Program-made: the position numbers and the translations under genes | NCBI GenBank assembly: GCA_964490505.1 | Contig: CAZBCP010000016.1 | Span: 36,676 to 100,675 of the forward strand | Length of the DNA stretch: 64,000 nucleotides | Source of the DNA: an uncultured Ohtaekwangia sp. | Lineage (GTDB): Bacteria > Bacteroidota > Bacteroidia > Cytophagales > Cyclobacteriaceae | Direction of reading: 5' to 3' | Shown: in pieces, positions 62,172 through 64,000 of the stretch | Numbering within the stretch: the first letter of the stretch is position 1 | Layout: every line of letters begins with the position of its first letter | Notes under the pieces: model-generated | Database searches by the model: none | What the model saw: only the letters and a program-made list of their open reading frames with translations | What the model was told of the DNA's origin: nothing

Positions 62172-62504
62172 TTAGCTTTTTTGCAGGATGATCTCACCGA
62201 GTTGCGACCACATATTGCTGCGGAGTGCCTGTGCTTTTTGCAGAGCTTTGATGCCAAACGATGTGAGGGTGAATAATCGTTTTCGTTTGCCTCCCCGCAC
62301 GAGCGATGCTTCGCCGAATTTGGATTTCAGGTAGCCTTTTTCTTCGAGGCGATGGAGAGCGGTGTGTACGGCGCCGATGTTCACCGGGCGTCTCGTTTGT
62401 TTTTCGATCTCCTTGCGGATGGCTACGCCATAAGCTCCGTCGCGCAGTATGCCTGTTGCAAGCAATACGATCTCTTCAAATTCCCCGAGGTATGTTCCCT
62501 TCAT
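62172..62504 (-). CDS. PadR-family transcriptional regulator (module 4)
   Basis: GEFEEIVLLATGILRDGAYGVAIRKEIE...GAVHTALHRLEEKGYLKSKFG...GGKRKRLFTLT. Three TTGGATA repeats upstream (62509, 62516, 62536). Confidence 0.9.
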   Translation of the reverse strand: MKGTYLGEFEEIVLLATGILRDGAYGVAIRKEIEKQTRRPVNIGAVHTALHRLEEKGYLKSKFGEASLVRGGKRKRLFTLTSFGIKALQKAQALRSNMWSQLGEIILQKS

Positions 62505-62605
62505 TAACTTGGATATTGGATACTGGTAATGGGCATTGGATATTATTCATAAATGTATATAAAATATAGTATTAAAAAAATCTATATCGTATGGCATGCG
62601 TTCTT

Positions 62606-62920
62606 GAAAAGTCTTTCGCAGCCCCCTTTTGATCCTGGTTTGTGTCATTCACACCTGTGCCGGGTACTTCTTTGGATTCTGGTCAAGCAAGGCGCTCCGC
62701 CTGCCGATCGCAATTGCCGGACGGTAACGTTAGAAATAGGATTGCAAAACGGCGGACTCGGTTCGGGGTCTCGCATTAACGATGGGCAAGCTTGCAACCG
62801 TAGGCCCCGGCGCCGGCAGTGTTTGGGCCGCTGATGAACATTACAGGATCGACACTTGCGCTTTGGTGGCGTTCAAAAACTAAAGACAATCCAGAAACTA
62901 CTCCTTCACAAACTTCCTAA
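62606..62920 (+). pseudogene. Decayed 3' remnant of a bile-acid:sodium symporter (BASS) family transporter gene
   Basis: Family-typical C-terminal blocks are readable only by switching frames at least three times: PLLILVCVIHTCAGYFFGFWSSKALRLP / RTVTLEIGLQNGGLGSG / GLALTMGKLATVG / PAPAVFGPLMNITGSTLALWWRSK. The N-terminal two-thirds of such a protein is absent. Confidence 0.55.
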
Positions 62921-64000
62921 TCGCCTGCTTGTCCGCCGTCTTCAGTTTCAGGATATAAAAACCCGGAGCGAGGTCTTTAACCAGCAGCTCAGCCTTATCG
63001 ACAAATAAATCATTAAATACCGTATTGCCACGCACGTCTAAAATGGAAACAGCTGCGCTCTTGCCTTTCCAATCAATAAACAATTTGTCTTTCGAAGGAT
63101 TGGGGAAGACGTAGAGGTCGACATCTGCCTCAAACCCTGTTACAACCGGGATAACTACATCGACCTCATTCGATGTCTCACTCTTACACTCATCAACGGT
63201 GACATCGACAGAGTATGTTCCATCTTCCATTGCTTTTAACGCGGAGGATGTTGCTCCTTCAATGGGCGACCCATTCAAGTACCACTGGTTGCCTTCGGCA
63301 GCTGAGGATTGAAGTTTCCTAGTTGTCTCATCGTACGCAATGACAGGACTTTTGGGCGTGATGCATATCGTTCTTGAGCTCTCTATTTCTTCAATCCCTT
63401 CGTTGCCGTCTTGTGTTGCTGTGATAGTAACTCGACCTGGCCCGAGGATCTCAACAGTTGTACCTTCAATTGAAATTTTATCTGTCGAAGAAGTGTTAAA
63501 AATAATCGGCAACTCAGACGTAGCGGAGGCAAAAAGTTCGAATGATCCATCTGCTTCGTTTTTATCGCTTGGCTCAAAGGTAATATCCTGAGTGAACTTC
63601 AAGACTTCAGTCACAAAGAGTTCCGAACCATATAGCTCACTATCCAATAGCATGTAGATCTTGTCATTCGAAGCTATCATCGCATTCAAATACTGATCAG
63701 TAACTTTTTCAGTAAGCAGTTGTGTGCCTGCTGTTCTCCAGAGGCCGTCCGGCAAGTTGAAGTATACTATATCGTGGGATTTTATTAGCAGCGGCCGGTT
63801 CCCCGAATTCGACGATGACTTGATTAAACTCGTCCCCTTCGTTGTTCCGTCGGTAACCCACAGTTCCGTACGAACGTTCTGAAAGACAACAATGAAGTAT
63901 AATTTGCCTGCGCTAACGACCATTGAGTAAATAGAAACTTGATTTCCCTCAACCTCATCAAACTTTTTTACAACTGTAGTACCGGCAGCTGTCCCATCTG
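62898..64000 (-). CDS. ELWxxDGT-repeat protein with T9SS C-terminal sorting domain, 5'-truncated by the window edge
   Basis: The frame stays open from 63923 to the window end. TELWVTDGTTKGTSLI and GLWRTAGT repeats. C-terminal VFPNPSKDKLFIDW...GFYILKLKT...RKFVKE is a T9SS sorting domain. Confidence 0.75.
   Translation of the reverse strand, partial: DGTAAGTTVVKKFDEVEGNQVSIYSMVVSAGKLYFIVVFQNVRTELWVTDGTTKGTSLIKSSSNSGNRPLLIKSHDIVYFNLPDGLWRTAGTQLLTEKVTDQYLNAMIASNDKIYMLLDSELYGSELFVTEVLKFTQDITFEPSDKNEADGSFELFASATSELPIIFNTSSTDKISIEGTTVEILGPGRVTITATQDGNEGIEEIESSRTICITPKSPVIAYDETTRKLQSSAAEGNQWYLNGSPIEGATSSALKAMEDGTYSVDVTVDECKSETSNEVDVVIPVVTGFEADVDLYVFPNPSKDKLFIDWKGKSAAVSILDVRGNTVFNDLFVDKAELLVKDLAPGFYILKLKTADKQAIRKFVKE

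Overview
The window looks like a Bacteroidota chromosomal segment. It carries T9SS-sorted proteins, a SusC/SusD pair, TonB-dependent receptors with DUF4249 partners, four PadR + orphan MacB/FtsX-type permease modules, a ribokinase/sugar-transporter cluster, GH43, a serpin and a fatty-acid desaturase.

The stand-out region is nt 1107-12775. It is an ~11.7-kb island, visibly more AT-rich than its flanks, inserted at the 3' end of tRNA-Pro(CGG). It is bounded by an exact 18-bp direct repeat and carries a tyrosine integrase broken by a single frameshift. All of its cargo is conflict/defence-like:
- (i) A translationally coupled alpha/beta-hydrolase plus a 1395-aa RecQ-like helicase with large uncharacterised N- and C-terminal regions.
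- (ii) A classical AbiEi/AbiEii pair with an inverted-repeat operator over its promoter.
- (iii) A tightly packed eight-gene same-strand array with a repeated '3+1' layout. Three paralogous ~60-75-aa HTH proteins with poly-lysine tails are followed by a wHTH protein with a possible Mrr-like nuclease fold. Three more of the small HTH-polyK paralogs are followed by a Swt1-like HEPN (Rx4H) protein.

I cannot match (iii), or the hydrolase-helicase pair, to any named system from memory. They are my best candidates for an undescribed system.

Outside the island I see:
- a short palindromic element (core CCGGCAGGCAGG, four copies, two of them in-frame inside CDSs);
- two short tandem repeats at gene 3' ends;
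- several operator-like palindromes;
- a decayed BASS-family transporter remnant.

No rRNA and no CRISPR array were found. All functional calls rest on motif recognition by eye; no database search was run.
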